NCBI GenBank assembly: GCA_963675295.2
Contig: CAXXKJ010000002.1
Location: 2,976,001-3,040,000, forward strand
Length of the DNA stretch: 64,000 nt
Source: a bacterium
GTDB lineage: Bacteria > Electryoneota > Electryoneia > Electryoneales > Electryoneaceae
Direction of reading: 5' to 3'
The position numbers were made by a program, and so were the translations under genes. Below the pieces are notes generated by a model, which made no database searches, had not been told where the DNA came from, and saw only the letters and a program-made list of their open reading frames with translations. Positions 30,167 to 40,370 of the stretch are shown here, piece by piece. Each line of letters opens with the position of its first letter. Position 1 is the stretch's first letter.

Positions 30167-30856
30167 ATGGATCGCGAAACAACCCTGAAAGTACTGGACT
30201 ATCTCAACAGCTACCTCACCGAGAACAAGCGACAGAAGTTTGAGCAGGTGCTGGACCAACGCACGCGCCACATCACCGTCGTGCTCGAGGATATCTATCA
30301 GCCGCACAACTCGTCCGCGGTGATCCGCAGCTTGGACTGTTTCGGGGTTCAGGATCTGCACATCATCGAGAACAAGAACCGGTTCACGTTGAACCCGAAC
30401 ATATCGGCGGGCGCCTCCAAATGGACCACGATGCACCGTTACAACAAACGGGATACGAACAATACGCCGTCGTGCATCGAGAGGTTGAAGGAGCGCGGCT
30501 ACCGCATTTACGCAACCACGCCGCATGTGGACGACGTCGATTTGCCGGATCTGTCGATCGAGGAACCGCTTGCACTGGTCTTCGGCACCGAAGACACCGG
30601 CGTGACACCGGAGATGCTCGAGGCTGCGGACGGCTTCGTGCGCATCCCGATGTTCGGCTTCACGGAAAGCTTCAACATTTCGGTGTCGGTGGCGTTGACG
30701 CTGTACGATCTCACCACCCGCCTGCACCGCAGCGCGGTGAACTGGAGTCTGAGCGATGACGAGAAGCTGGAGCTTCGTCTGAACTGGGCCCGGAAGGTGC
30801 TGGCGCGTCACAAGGGCTTGGAACAACGCTTCCTCGAGGAACAGGGGTTGGTGTAA
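30167..30856 (+). CDS. trmH: SpoU/TrmH-family RNA 2'-O-methyltransferase
   Basis: VVLEDIYQPHNSSAVIRS, FGTE, IPMFGFTESFNISVS. Confidence 0.85.
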   Translation: MDRETTLKVLDYLNSYLTENKRQKFEQVLDQRTRHITVVLEDIYQPHNSSAVIRSLDCFGVQDLHIIENKNRFTLNPNISAGASKWTTMHRYNKRDTNNTPSCIERLKERGYRIYATTPHVDDVDLPDLSIEEPLALVFGTEDTGVTPEMLEAADGFVRIPMFGFTESFNISVSVALTLYDLTTRLHRSAVNWSLSDDEKLELRLNWARKVLARHKGLEQRFLEEQGLV

Positions 30857-30962
30857 GTGCGTAAATAGAGCGAAGAGAGCATGGAGCTGCGAGCCATGCG
30901 ACCGATTGAGGTGACCGAGCGTCCTGTGGTTGAAAGCAACACACGTGTGGTGCAAGAAACAG

Positions 30963-31481
30963 ATGAAAACGTTTGAAGAGTTGCTGAAACCTGTCTACCC
31001 CGAACTCGTGCGGTATTCGCGTGCGATGGCTGGCTCGAGTGCGGATGGTGACGACCTGTTGCAGGACGCTCTGCTGAACGCGTGGCGGAAGTTTCACACG
31101 TTACGTGACCCGGACGGCTTCAAGTTCTGGATGTTGAAGATCATCAAGAACGCGAACATCAGCCGCGAACGGTCACGGAGGTTCAAGAGCTGGATTGGTC
31201 TGGACGCGTTGCAGCGTGTCCCGTCGCCGGAACCGATGCCGTATGAGGACAAGGAACTGGTGCGGACCGCGTTGGCGAAGGTGCCGAAAGATCAACGTGA
31301 AGCGGTCATCCTCTACGAGATTCTTGGAATGTCGGTGAAGGAGATCGCGCAGCAGCAGAAGGCGAGTGAGTCGGCGGTGAAGAACCGGCTGTCGCGTGGA
31401 CGCAAGCGTCTGCGGGTTGAGGTGTCAGCACTCACAACATTGGAGAAGGGTCATGGACAAGCGTTTGCCGAAAGCTGTTGA
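30963..31481 (+). CDS. ECF RNA polymerase sigma factor
   Basis: DDLLQDA...FKFW (region 2) and EIA...VKNRLSRGR (region 4). Confidence 0.88.
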   Translation: MKTFEELLKPVYPELVRYSRAMAGSSADGDDLLQDALLNAWRKFHTLRDPDGFKFWMLKIIKNANISRERSRRFKSWIGLDALQRVPSPEPMPYEDKELVRTALAKVPKDQREAVILYEILGMSVKEIAQQQKASESAVKNRLSRGRKRLRVEVSALTTLEKGHGQAFAESC

Positions 31482-32214
31482 GCACGGGCTGCGCGAGCTG
31501 TCCGAGGAACAGCCGGACAACTTCCAGCTCGAACGCTCCCTGGCCCGAGTGCGTCAACACCACTCCCACAGGAGAAACCGATTCATGAACAAGACTTGGA
31601 TTCCGGTCGCGGTTGTCGCGGTGGTTTTAGCCGCCCTGTTGCTGATCCCGGCGACGTACACGGTCACGGTTGGTTCGATTGTTGAAATCAAGGTTCCGAG
31701 CATGGACCAGTCTGTCGCGATGAACCTCGCGCAGGCAACCCGGGACCTGCCCGGCGTGCAGAGCGCCAACATGATGATGACTCCGGACGGCCTGACCTTG
31801 CGTTTCGCCAGTTCGGAAACAAACCAGTCCGCGATCAAGCATACCATTCTCGATGCGGCGAAACCGATGCTCGCCGGCATGGACTACGATGTCAGCACCG
31901 AGGCAGTTACGGTCGAGCGCGGTGGCAACGCCCTCGCGGCGATCACCGGCGGCACGATTCGTCTCAACGTAGCCGGCATGAGCGACGACGAAATCGAAGC
32001 CGCGATTGCGTCGGCAATTGTCGGCCAGGGCATGACCCCGACGATGGTCGATGTGCAGACCTCGGCGAATGGCGAACGTGAGATTCAGATCGAGATGGAA
32101 GGTGACATTCCGGACGGTGAAGAACGGACCTTCCAGTTCGAATTCCAGGGTGATGGCGAGGGGGCCGAAGTGCAGGCGCAACGCCAGATTGAATGGCACG
32201 AAGAGACGGAATAA
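31453..32214 (+). CDS. Putative anti-sigma factor (single TM, extracytoplasmic domain)
   Basis: Overlaps the ECF sigma 3' end; short N-domain, one hydrophobic helix, acidic C-terminal domain. Confidence 0.6.
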   Translation: MDKRLPKAVEHGLRELSEEQPDNFQLERSLARVRQHHSHRRNRFMNKTWIPVAVVAVVLAALLLIPATYTVTVGSIVEIKVPSMDQSVAMNLAQATRDLPGVQSANMMMTPDGLTLRFASSETNQSAIKHTILDAAKPMLAGMDYDVSTEAVTVERGGNALAAITGGTIRLNVAGMSDDEIEAAIASAIVGQGMTPTMVDVQTSANGEREIQIEMEGDIPDGEERTFQFEFQGDGEGAEVQAQRQIEWHEETE

Positions 32215-32243
32215 CCCACACCGTCCTGAGTGTCATGGAACCG

Positions 32244-32276
32244 GAAAAGGTCACCGCGCGCGGTGGCCTTTTCTTT
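32244..32276 (+). terminator. Bidirectional intrinsic terminator
   Basis: GAAAAGGTCACCGC-GC-GCGGTGGCCTTTTCTTT. Confidence 0.8.
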
Positions 32277-32551
32277 GGTACTCGGTGGTCGGTACTCGGT
32301 AATCGGTACTCGGCAGGTTATGATTATATTTCATATCATTTTGAACGTGACGATGAGTATATAATACTCTTCAGCATCGATCTTGACTGATTAAACCCGA
32401 TCTTCTTCAATTCGTTCAGAATGACGTGGCTTTCTAATATAATTACCACGGACTTAAGTCCGTGGTAATTATGTATATGTCCGATGTCTACGGCCAGTAG
32501 TTCACTACCCGCAGCCCATAGACTACAGCCAATAGTCTATCGCCAATAGCC
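32277..32551. repeat. Composite repeat cassette: heptamer run, GTCATTCTGAACG-family element (32335-32425), perfect 34-bp palindrome (32439-32472), heptamer run
   Basis: GGTACTC/GGTAATC x5; gatcttcttcaattcgttcagaatgac; ataattaccacggacttaagtccgtggtaattat; degenerate TAGACTA/CAGCCAA heptamers. Confidence 0.85.
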
Positions 32552-32553
32552 TG

Positions 32554-34212
32554 TCACTTCTTCCACGACACCCGCGCGGCGATGGGCATCCGCCGTCCCG
32601 CTCCGAACGCTTTCTGACTGACACGCAACCCCGGCGCGGCCTGCCAGCGTTTGTATTCATTGATCTGCACCGTGCGCACAACCCACTCCACGATCTCCCG
32701 ATCATATCCGCGTGCGACGATTTCCTCCGGTCCCGCACCTTCCTCGAGGAACGCTGCGAGGATACCGTCAAGGATATCGTATTCGGGTAACGTGTCCTGG
32801 TCCTTCTGATCCGGTGCGAGTTCGGCGGAGGGCGCCTTGGTGATGATGATGTCGGGGATAATCTCGTGGTCCCGATTGTACCAGCGGGCGAGGCGGTAGA
32901 CATTCGTTTTCAACAGGTCGCTGATCACCGCGAGGCCGCCGTCCATGTCGCCGTACAGCGTGCAATACCCCACCGCCAGTTCGCTCTTGTTGCCAGTGGT
33001 CAGCAGGAGTGCGCCGGTTTTGTTTGAGAACGCCATCAATAGCGTACCACGAATTCGCGCCTGCAGGTTTTCTTCGGTCACATTCGGCGGCAACCCGGCG
33101 AACGGTTCAGCGAGTGCGTCGTTGAACGAGTTGAAAATCGGCGCGATGGGAACGGTATCACAGCGAATTCCGAGGTTTTTCGCGAGCTGCACGGAGTCGT
33201 CGACTGAACCGGACGACGAGATGTGCGACGGCATGGTCACGCCGCGCACATTTTCTGCGCCTAGCGCGTCCACGGCGATGCACGCAGTCAACGCGCTGTC
33301 GATTCCGCCGGAAAGGCCGATAACCGCGTGTTTGAAGCCGCACTTGCGCATGTAGTCCTTCAACCCGAGCACCAGAGCGCGTCGCAGCGACTCGAGTTCC
33401 GGCAGATCCTCTGCGACTTCCGGAACGTTCACAGCGGCGGTGTCAACCACGCGGACGTCCGCTTCGAACGCCGGCAGCAGCTCGATTAACCGTCCCTCAC
33501 GGTCGCAAAGATTCGACCGACCATCAAAGATGAGTTCGTCGTTCGCCCCGACCTGGCAGACTGAGAGGAATGGCACGCCATGCTTGCGGGCGTGGAATCC
33601 GTTCCGCTCGAAACGGTTGACTTCCTTGTGCAGATTGTATGGCGAGGCGGTGATGTTGATTAACAGTGTCGCGCCGTGGTCGGCGAGGTACTGGATCGGG
33701 TTGTCGGCGTAGATCAGGGTCTGCTCGAACTCGGGATCGTTCCAAGCGTCCTCGCAGATGCCGACACCCAGCGTCTCACCGGCGAACTCGACCACGTGAT
33801 AGTGGTCCGCGCCACCGGAATCGAAATAGCGGAGTTCGTCAAAGACGTCATACGTCGGCAGCAGCCACTTGTGCTGTTCGAGCAGGATCTCGCCATTCTG
33901 GATCAGCAGGGCGGCGTTCGCCAAACCTTTGCCGCGTGTGTTGCCGTTGCGCCGAGGTGTGCCAAACAGGATGCCGAGGTTCGGATAGTCTTGTGACAGC
34001 TCGAGTAGCTCCTCCACCCCATCCTCGACCAGGTCGAGGAACCAGCGGAAAGTGATCAGGTCGCGTGGTGGATAACCGGACAGGACGAGTTCCGGGTAGA
34101 CGACGAGGTCGACATTCGAGGTGTCGATGGAGGTCAGGGCGTCGGCCATGCGGCGGACATTTCCGTGTACGTCACCGACTACGGGATTGATTTGCGCGAC
34201 TGCGATACGCAT
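32554..34212 (-). CDS. nadE: Glutamine-dependent NAD+ synthetase
   Basis: MRIAVAQIN, PEL..SGYPP, K.LLPTYDVFDE.RYF, ICED, GLSGGIDS, ENLQARIRG, TGNKSE, PSAEL. Confidence 0.95.
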   Translation of the reverse strand: MRIAVAQINPVVGDVHGNVRRMADALTSIDTSNVDLVVYPELVLSGYPPRDLITFRWFLDLVEDGVEELLELSQDYPNLGILFGTPRRNGNTRGKGLANAALLIQNGEILLEQHKWLLPTYDVFDELRYFDSGGADHYHVVEFAGETLGVGICEDAWNDPEFEQTLIYADNPIQYLADHGATLLINITASPYNLHKEVNRFERNGFHARKHGVPFLSVCQVGANDELIFDGRSNLCDREGRLIELLPAFEADVRVVDTAAVNVPEVAEDLPELESLRRALVLGLKDYMRKCGFKHAVIGLSGGIDSALTACIAVDALGAENVRGVTMPSHISSSGSVDDSVQLAKNLGIRCDTVPIAPIFNSFNDALAEPFAGLPPNVTEENLQARIRGTLLMAFSNKTGALLLTTGNKSELAVGYCTLYGDMDGGLAVISDLLKTNVYRLARWYNRDHEIIPDIIITKAPSAELAPDQKDQDTLPEYDILDGILAAFLEEGAGPEEIVARGYDREIVEWVVRTVQINEYKRWQAAPGLRVSQKAFGAGRRMPIAARVSWKK

Positions 34213-34759
34213 CAGGGTGAGGTCTCCGCAAACTGTGTTCAAACATCGGGAAAGTACGTGTTCATGCGTCACAACTCAGTCTCGAACAAGGTTCCGGAGA
34301 GCAGGCGGGATGTCAAGAGGCAGCTCGGGGATGTTGCTCCGGGGTGACACCTTGTTCAGACGAAAATGGAAGCAGAATTCGGCTTGTACTGCCGATCATG
34401 AGGATCAGGAATTGCGCACAACAAGAAGTCGGGCTCGTGTGGTGAACGCGAGTCAGAGAGCCGTTTTTCCAGTCCCTCTCTTGTGGAATTGGGCGCTGGC
34501 ATTGGCCTGAATTCAGCTCGTATGTTGTTTTCGTTGAACCTGAACCGGATTCTCATCATTTTCGTTCCCGTTCGAGAACGCGAATTTTCTGGGCGGCGGA
34601 TTTATATTGAGATCACGGTTCGGGTTCCATGGGCTGTTCGCAGACTTCTCAGCGCATTATCTTCTGCGGATATCATGGGATTCAGCCGTGGCTGGCTGAA
34701 GGGAGATGACCAGGCGGGTCAGGACGACAATGCCCGTCTGCAACGGGAGAAGGGGACGC

Positions 34760-36217
34760 ATGCGACTCGAGACTGGTCGGTTGCTGCTGCTGTTTATCCT
34801 CGTAGTCTTTGCCTCAACTGCAGTTGCGGACATTCCCATCAACGAGCGGGTCAGCATTGACGGGAACCTGCGCTTCCGCGGCTTCATTGACGAACGCGAT
34901 TTCGATTCGGTCAACACCGATCCCGCCTACTACGCCACCATGCGCACCATGATCGGGTTCAAGATCCAGGCGACGGACGACGTCCTCTTCCGCGCCAAGA
35001 TCCGTGATTCCCGGTATGTTGGCGTCCCGTATACGAATACCGTCCCCGGCGGTGTTGATGCGACCACGGTCAACACGCAATCCACGAGTCAGCTTGAACT
35101 GCAGGAAGGGTATCTGTTCGCCAACGATATCCTCGGTACCCGTCTCGACCTCCAGATCGGCCGGTTTGAGATGGAGTATGGGCGCGGACGATTGCTGGGC
35201 GCGTCCGGGTGGAATGTTGAGGGGCCGCGCGCGTATGACGGTCTCCGCTTTATGTGGCACAAACCCGGCTTCCAGTTGGACGTTTTCGCGTCGATAATCC
35301 GGGACTATTCGTTCGGCACGATCTGGCCGAATTATCGTACTCCGAACGCGTGGGTCGGCGGAATTTACCAGTACTCGGAAAGCGTCGGCTACAACGAGCA
35401 GAAACGATACCTGGCCGGTGTTGCGGCCAGTTTCATGGACGGCGCGCTGCAACCACTCCTGTTGATCGACTACGACACTTTTGATAACACCTACACCTAC
35501 GAGTCCGGTGACTGGGTGCCAGGCACCATCGCGGCGCAGAAAGAGCAGGAATTCTGGATCACCCCGGCGCTGTACACCAGCTTCACTCTCAGCGAAGACG
35601 GCGGCAGCCGTTGGGAATTTGAAGGTGATTTTGCCGCGCAGGTTGGCGCGACCAACGATAACGGCGCCTATCCGGACAGCTACAGCCTGCTCAGCTTCCT
35701 CGCGGCGCTGGAAGTCCGTGTGCATGGGAATGATCGTAGCGCTCCGTTCGTCGGAATCGGCGCGGATTACACCGGCGTTGGCGAAGGCGATGGCGATCCG
35801 CAGGATGTCTACGTGTTCTACCAGGACTATTACACGCAGCACGCGTTCCGTGGCGCGATGGATTACTTCTGGAATGTCAATAACGGTCTCATCGACGGCT
35901 TCCTCACCTTCGGTGCCACACCCACCGATTGGCTGTGTCTTAAGGCGGACGTGCACAACTTCAGCTTCGCAACGTCGCAGGGGCGTGTACGTCCCAATGG
36001 CAAGATCGAGAACCTGAAGCAATTAGGACAGGAAGTTGATTTGCTGGCGGGCTTCAAGATCAAGAAGGGGTTCCGTCTCGACGCCGGGTACAACATGTTC
36101 TTCCCGACGGAAGAGTTCGCGATGCGTCTGAACCAGACGGTGTACACTCGGGGTGTGCCGAACCAGTCGGACGCGTTCAGCTACTTCGCGTACCTGGTCT
36201 TCACGACGATGTTCTAA
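34760..36217 (+). CDS. Alginate-export (AlgE-like) outer-membrane beta-barrel
   Basis: Signal peptide; LRFR..DER, IGRFEMEYGRGRLLG..GW..RAYDG, LGQEVDL; terminal F. Confidence 0.75.
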   Translation: MRLETGRLLLLFILVVFASTAVADIPINERVSIDGNLRFRGFIDERDFDSVNTDPAYYATMRTMIGFKIQATDDVLFRAKIRDSRYVGVPYTNTVPGGVDATTVNTQSTSQLELQEGYLFANDILGTRLDLQIGRFEMEYGRGRLLGASGWNVEGPRAYDGLRFMWHKPGFQLDVFASIIRDYSFGTIWPNYRTPNAWVGGIYQYSESVGYNEQKRYLAGVAASFMDGALQPLLLIDYDTFDNTYTYESGDWVPGTIAAQKEQEFWITPALYTSFTLSEDGGSRWEFEGDFAAQVGATNDNGAYPDSYSLLSFLAALEVRVHGNDRSAPFVGIGADYTGVGEGDGDPQDVYVFYQDYYTQHAFRGAMDYFWNVNNGLIDGFLTFGATPTDWLCLKADVHNFSFATSQGRVRPNGKIENLKQLGQEVDLLAGFKIKKGFRLDAGYNMFFPTEEFAMRLNQTVYTRGVPNQSDAFSYFAYLVFTTMF

Positions 36218-36222
36218 AAAGA

Positions 36223-36662
36223 TGGGCTCGAGGGCTCAGGGCTCAGGACTCGGGGCTCGGGGCTCGGGGCTCGGGGCTCGGGGCTCGGGGCTCGGGGCTC
36301 GGGGCTCGGGGCTCAGGAAAATATGTGGCCGTGTCTGTTTACAGACGCGGCCGTGTTGCTCTGGGGCTGCGGACTCTGGACTGCGGACTGCGAGAAGATA
36401 ATTACCACGGACTTCAGTCCGTGGTAATGACAGGGAGTCATCCTTAACGAAGTACAGGATTTCCAACTTATTCGCGCGTAAGTAGCATGTCATTCTGAAC
36501 GAAGTGAAGAAGATCGGACTTGATTAACCGTTATCGAGGCTGGATCTTCTTCATTCCACTTCGTTCCATTCAGAATAACACACAATTACATTCCATCGAT
36601 TACTGACAACCGATTACCGCCAATCGACCAATGGCTACCGATTCCCGCAAACCGACAACCGC
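36223..36662. repeat. Composite repeat cassette: (GGGGCTC)-type x13, palindromes, GTCATTCTGAACG-family element (36489-36579), CGATTAC-type heptamers
   Basis: Directly visible; attaccacggacttcagtccgtggtaat at 36401-36428; ggccgtgtctgt-ttac-agacgcggcc at about 36327-36352. Confidence 0.9.
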
Positions 36663-37904
36663 CTACCGTCCTCCAAGATCCGGTCTTCGACTCAAGCCGA
36701 GGGTGTAGCCGAGAAACAGCCCCATCGCGATCATGATCTCGCCGTCCAGCAGGTAACATTGGGTCAATCCTGCAATCACCAGCCCGCCGAAACCGAGCAC
36801 TCCCCCCTGTGCCAACAGAGACGGCAGGTCGCCGTGATCCGGTGTCAGCCAGAACAATCGCACCCCGAGCACGACCACACTTCCCACCACCAGGGCCATC
36901 AGGATCAGGCCTGGGAAACCGCTAACCGCCAGTAGCCAGAGCGGATCGCTGTGCGGATGCGCGAGCGAGACAAAATCATGGTTCGGATCAACGCGTTGCT
37001 CGGCCTGAGTGCGCCACTGTCCCGGCCCGACTCCGGTGATCGGATTCTCCTGCCCCATCGCCCACGCCGCCTGCCACATCAGCACCCGATCCTGCTCGCT
37101 GTGCGTGGACAGGTTCGCGGCGTCCTGGATGCGTGTGCGGAACCCGTCCGAGAACGTGAACAGCCCCGCAATGACCACCACTCCGGCCGCCAGCGAGATG
37201 ATTGCGACCTTTTTGTTGCGGGTCAGCAGGAACAGGACGATCATCCCTGCCAGTCCCATCCACGGGCCACGCCGGAACGCGAGCACGATCGACAGCAGGA
37301 TGACCGCCATCCCGGCCCACGCCCAGAACGCCTGCGCCTTGCGTTGCTTCACCGCCCACGGCAGCAGCGCGAGGAAATACAGCATCTGCATTCCGGCGAA
37401 GGTCAGCGCCATGTTCAGCAAACCGACCGGCAGGTAGAACGGAACCACCTCATCGGGCATTGTCTCGATGAACTGACCGTAGAGGAAATCGGTGCCGGTG
37501 AAGTATTGCACGATCCCATTCACCGCGCTGAACACCCCGGCGATCATCAACGCCGGGATCAGCCAACGGATCGCGCCGTGTTGCTGCACGAGATGATACA
37601 CGGCGTAGAACCCGAGCAGCGCGACAAGGAATTTGGTCGCGAGGAAGTTGAGCCCGTCCATGGGCGCTGGGGATGCGATCGCGGCAATCGCCAGCCACGC
37701 CAACAGCGCGGCGATCAGGTAGTGGGTGATCGTGGATTTTACACGTGGTGTCCAGCCATTGAACAAACCGATCACCGCAACGAGAAAGCCAAGTCCGGCG
37801 AACACCTGCGCGAGGAAGATGCCGGTGACGATGGAAAACGTGAACGTGGCCAGCCACGCGGCGGTCAGCCAGGGTGTTTTCGCGGAGGAAGCTTTGGCGG
37901 TCAT
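36663..37904 (-). CDS. O-antigen ligase-family (Wzy_C) membrane protein
   Basis: Multi-TM; RRGPW, R..MW..A..M..ENPITGVGPG, HPHS. Confidence 0.85.
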   Translation of the reverse strand: MTAKASSAKTPWLTAAWLATFTFSIVTGIFLAQVFAGLGFLVAVIGLFNGWTPRVKSTITHYLIAALLAWLAIAAIASPAPMDGLNFLATKFLVALLGFYAVYHLVQQHGAIRWLIPALMIAGVFSAVNGIVQYFTGTDFLYGQFIETMPDEVVPFYLPVGLLNMALTFAGMQMLYFLALLPWAVKQRKAQAFWAWAGMAVILLSIVLAFRRGPWMGLAGMIVLFLLTRNKKVAIISLAAGVVVIAGLFTFSDGFRTRIQDAANLSTHSEQDRVLMWQAAWAMGQENPITGVGPGQWRTQAEQRVDPNHDFVSLAHPHSDPLWLLAVSGFPGLILMALVVGSVVVLGVRLFWLTPDHGDLPSLLAQGGVLGFGGLVIAGLTQCYLLDGEIMIAMGLFLGYTLGLSRRPDLGGR

Positions 37905-38066
37905 GAATCACTCGGGCGGTTTCAACATTCGCGCGCCAATATAGCACGGCCGGGCATGAACCCGCGCGGAACGGGCGGCTCCGGTGCGGCTTAGACACGC
38001 GCGCGTTGCCGTGATCCGCTCTCGCCCGTACCTTGTCGCGAAATCGTCTCACAGATCGCGTGAGCC

Positions 38067-39242
38067 ATGGCTCAGAACCGTTGCCGCATCCTCATTTTCA
38101 CCCAGAACGACTGGTTCTTCCACCTGCATTTCCTCGCGTTGGGGCAGGCGTTGGCGGACACCGGTGCCGATGTGTCGCTGGCGTGTCTCGTCGACAAACA
38201 CGGCGAACGGCTGGAGGAAGCCGGTCTGCGTGTACTGGCGCTCAGCAGTCTCGATGTGCGCAGTCTCGGTCTGAAAGCGCAGGCGAAGACGGTGCTCGAG
38301 CTGGTGCGGTTGATCCGTGCTGAACGGCCGGACATGGTATTGACCATCTCGCCGAAACCGGCGGTGCTCGGATCGTTCGCGGCGAAACTGGCGGGTGTGC
38401 CGTCGATCCTCAGCCTGATGACCGGGCTTGGCTTCCTGTTCGCTGGCGAAAACGAGCGATTGCAGGTGCTAAGACGCGTGGTGCTCGGCGCGCTGAAGTG
38501 GTCGCATACGGGTAACGGTAGCCGCATCCTGTTCCAGAACAGCATGGATCGGGAGTTGTTGATCAAATCGGGCGTGATTCCGGACAATAAGGCGCCGCTG
38601 GTCGGCGGAGTCGGCACCGACCTCTACACGTTCAAGCCAGGCAAACGCAACAACGATGTCCCGGTGATCGTTTTCGGCGCACGGATGATCCGTGACAAGG
38701 GCGTGCTCGATCTGGTCGAGGCGGCGCGCCTGCTGCATGAACAGGGGCTGAAATTCCGCGTTAAGCTTTGCGGCGATCCCGACCCTGGCAACCCGAACTC
38801 GCTGACCACGGACGAACTGGTCGAAATCCACGAGGAGCGCTACGTTGATTGGCTCGGGCATGTCAGCGACATCGAACGAATCCTCGCCAACGCCGACATC
38901 GCGTGTCTGCCGACGTATTACCGTGAAGGGATGCCGAAATTCCTCCTCGACAGCGCGGCGGAGGGGTTGCCGTTGGTGACCACCAACGCTCCCGGCTGTA
39001 CTGATGTCGTCACGCACGGCATCAACGGCCTGATTGTCCCGCAACGCAACCCGGAAGCGTTGGCGGAAGCCTTGCGTCAGTTGATCGAAGATCCGGCGCG
39101 TCGTGAAGCGATGGGACACGCCAGCCGTGTTCGCGCAGAAGCGGAATTCTCTGCGGAGTCGTTTGTCGAACGCATGTTCGCCGTGTTCGATGACGCGGCG
39201 GTCGCAGCGGGCCGTCCCGGCTGCGTCTTCCCCACTCGCTGA
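38067..39242 (+). CDS. GT4-family glycosyltransferase (CapM/WbuB-like)
   Basis: NDWFF..H, TGLG, FQN..D, ARMIRDKG, YREGMPK.LL. Confidence 0.88.
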   Translation: MAQNRCRILIFTQNDWFFHLHFLALGQALADTGADVSLACLVDKHGERLEEAGLRVLALSSLDVRSLGLKAQAKTVLELVRLIRAERPDMVLTISPKPAVLGSFAAKLAGVPSILSLMTGLGFLFAGENERLQVLRRVVLGALKWSHTGNGSRILFQNSMDRELLIKSGVIPDNKAPLVGGVGTDLYTFKPGKRNNDVPVIVFGARMIRDKGVLDLVEAARLLHEQGLKFRVKLCGDPDPGNPNSLTTDELVEIHEERYVDWLGHVSDIERILANADIACLPTYYREGMPKFLLDSAAEGLPLVTTNAPGCTDVVTHGINGLIVPQRNPEALAEALRQLIEDPARREAMGHASRVRAEAEFSAESFVERMFAVFDDAAVAAGRPGCVFPTR

Positions 39243-39356
39243 GCCGGAATATCCCTCTCGCTGACTGGAGTTGGCTCTCAAAGTTCAAGTAACCGCTCAA
39301 GTTTCCGGCCACGTTTCCCGATAACAGAAACGAGGTTGTCTCTGGTTGGGAGTATC

Positions 39357-40370
39357 ATGCGCAGGCTGGTCGTTCCACTCATCGTGCTGCTGCTAGCGTC
39401 AACGGTGCTGGCGAAAACGGACATCGTGATCGATCCGGATTACGATCCACGCATCCCTCTGCGTGTGGTAGTCCTCCCCGCAATGAAGGATCGCAGCCTG
39501 AAAGTGGTTAACGAACGCACCGTCTCCGCAATGCTCAGCACCGAGCTGCTGAAGCTGTACGAGGTGAGCGACCTGCTGCGGTTCGAGGCGGCGTTGAGCG
39601 GGCAACGGTTGAGCCTCGACAACGCGTTCACCGCCGCGTCCCGTGAGACCATTCGTGAAGTGACCGGCGTCGACGCGATCATCAACGTCGAGGTGTACCG
39701 CTGGGAGGAAGGCGTTGGCGGAATCCCGTTCCTCGGACGCAAGAGCGGCACCATCGCCATGCGGATCAACATGCTCGATCCATATACCGGGCGGGCGTAC
39801 TGGAGTGTCAATCGTCTCGAGGACGTGAAACCGGGGACGGTGTTCCTCGACCGCACGACGGAGCTGTTCCGTGACCTGGTCGATGAACTCGGTGACGAAC
39901 TGACCGACATCGCCGAAGAACTGAGCGAGGCGGACTCGTACGCCGAACTCGCCGCGACGCGGGAACCATGGCAGCGCATGGAAGGCTACAGCCGCCGCAC
40001 GTATGACGGCGAAGACGGTGTCGAGCGTGGCTTCATGCCCTACATGACGCCGGAAGCGGCGTACATCGAAGCCTACCGCGGCTATGGCTACCAGCCCGAT
40101 ACCGACAAGCAGGCGTATGACGCCCCGATTTCGCCGGACACACGGTACGAGGACATTGAGGGTGAACGTGTGCCGGTGCTGCCGAACATGGGGTATGAGG
40201 CGGAGTTGTACGACCGCGCGTTCCACGCCGCGCTGGATTCGTTGATCCAGTGGTCGAAACGCGATTCGCTGGGGCAGCTTATCGTGCCGCCGGACTTGCC
40301 GCAGTTCGAAACACTGCCGCCGTTCGAACTTCAGGAAATGCCGGAGGATTCGGTGGAGGTGGAAAACTAA
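39357..40370 (+). CDS. Exported hypothetical protein (possibly CsgG/DUF799-like N-domain, acidic C-terminus)
   Basis: Signal peptide; RVVVLP...GVDAII...TGRAYWS pattern. Confidence 0.5.
   Translation: MRRLVVPLIVLLLASTVLAKTDIVIDPDYDPRIPLRVVVLPAMKDRSLKVVNERTVSAMLSTELLKLYEVSDLLRFEAALSGQRLSLDNAFTAASRETIREVTGVDAIINVEVYRWEEGVGGIPFLGRKSGTIAMRINMLDPYTGRAYWSVNRLEDVKPGTVFLDRTTELFRDLVDELGDELTDIAEELSEADSYAELAATREPWQRMEGYSRRTYDGEDGVERGFMPYMTPEAAYIEAYRGYGYQPDTDKQAYDAPISPDTRYEDIEGERVPVLPNMGYEAELYDRAFHAALDSLIQWSKRDSLGQLIVPPDLPQFETLPPFELQEMPEDSVEVEN

Noticed and set aside
36153-36493. ORFs with GSGLGAR / SPEPRAP repeats
   Set aside because: Translation of the GGGGCTC heptamer tract; no RBS or coding support.
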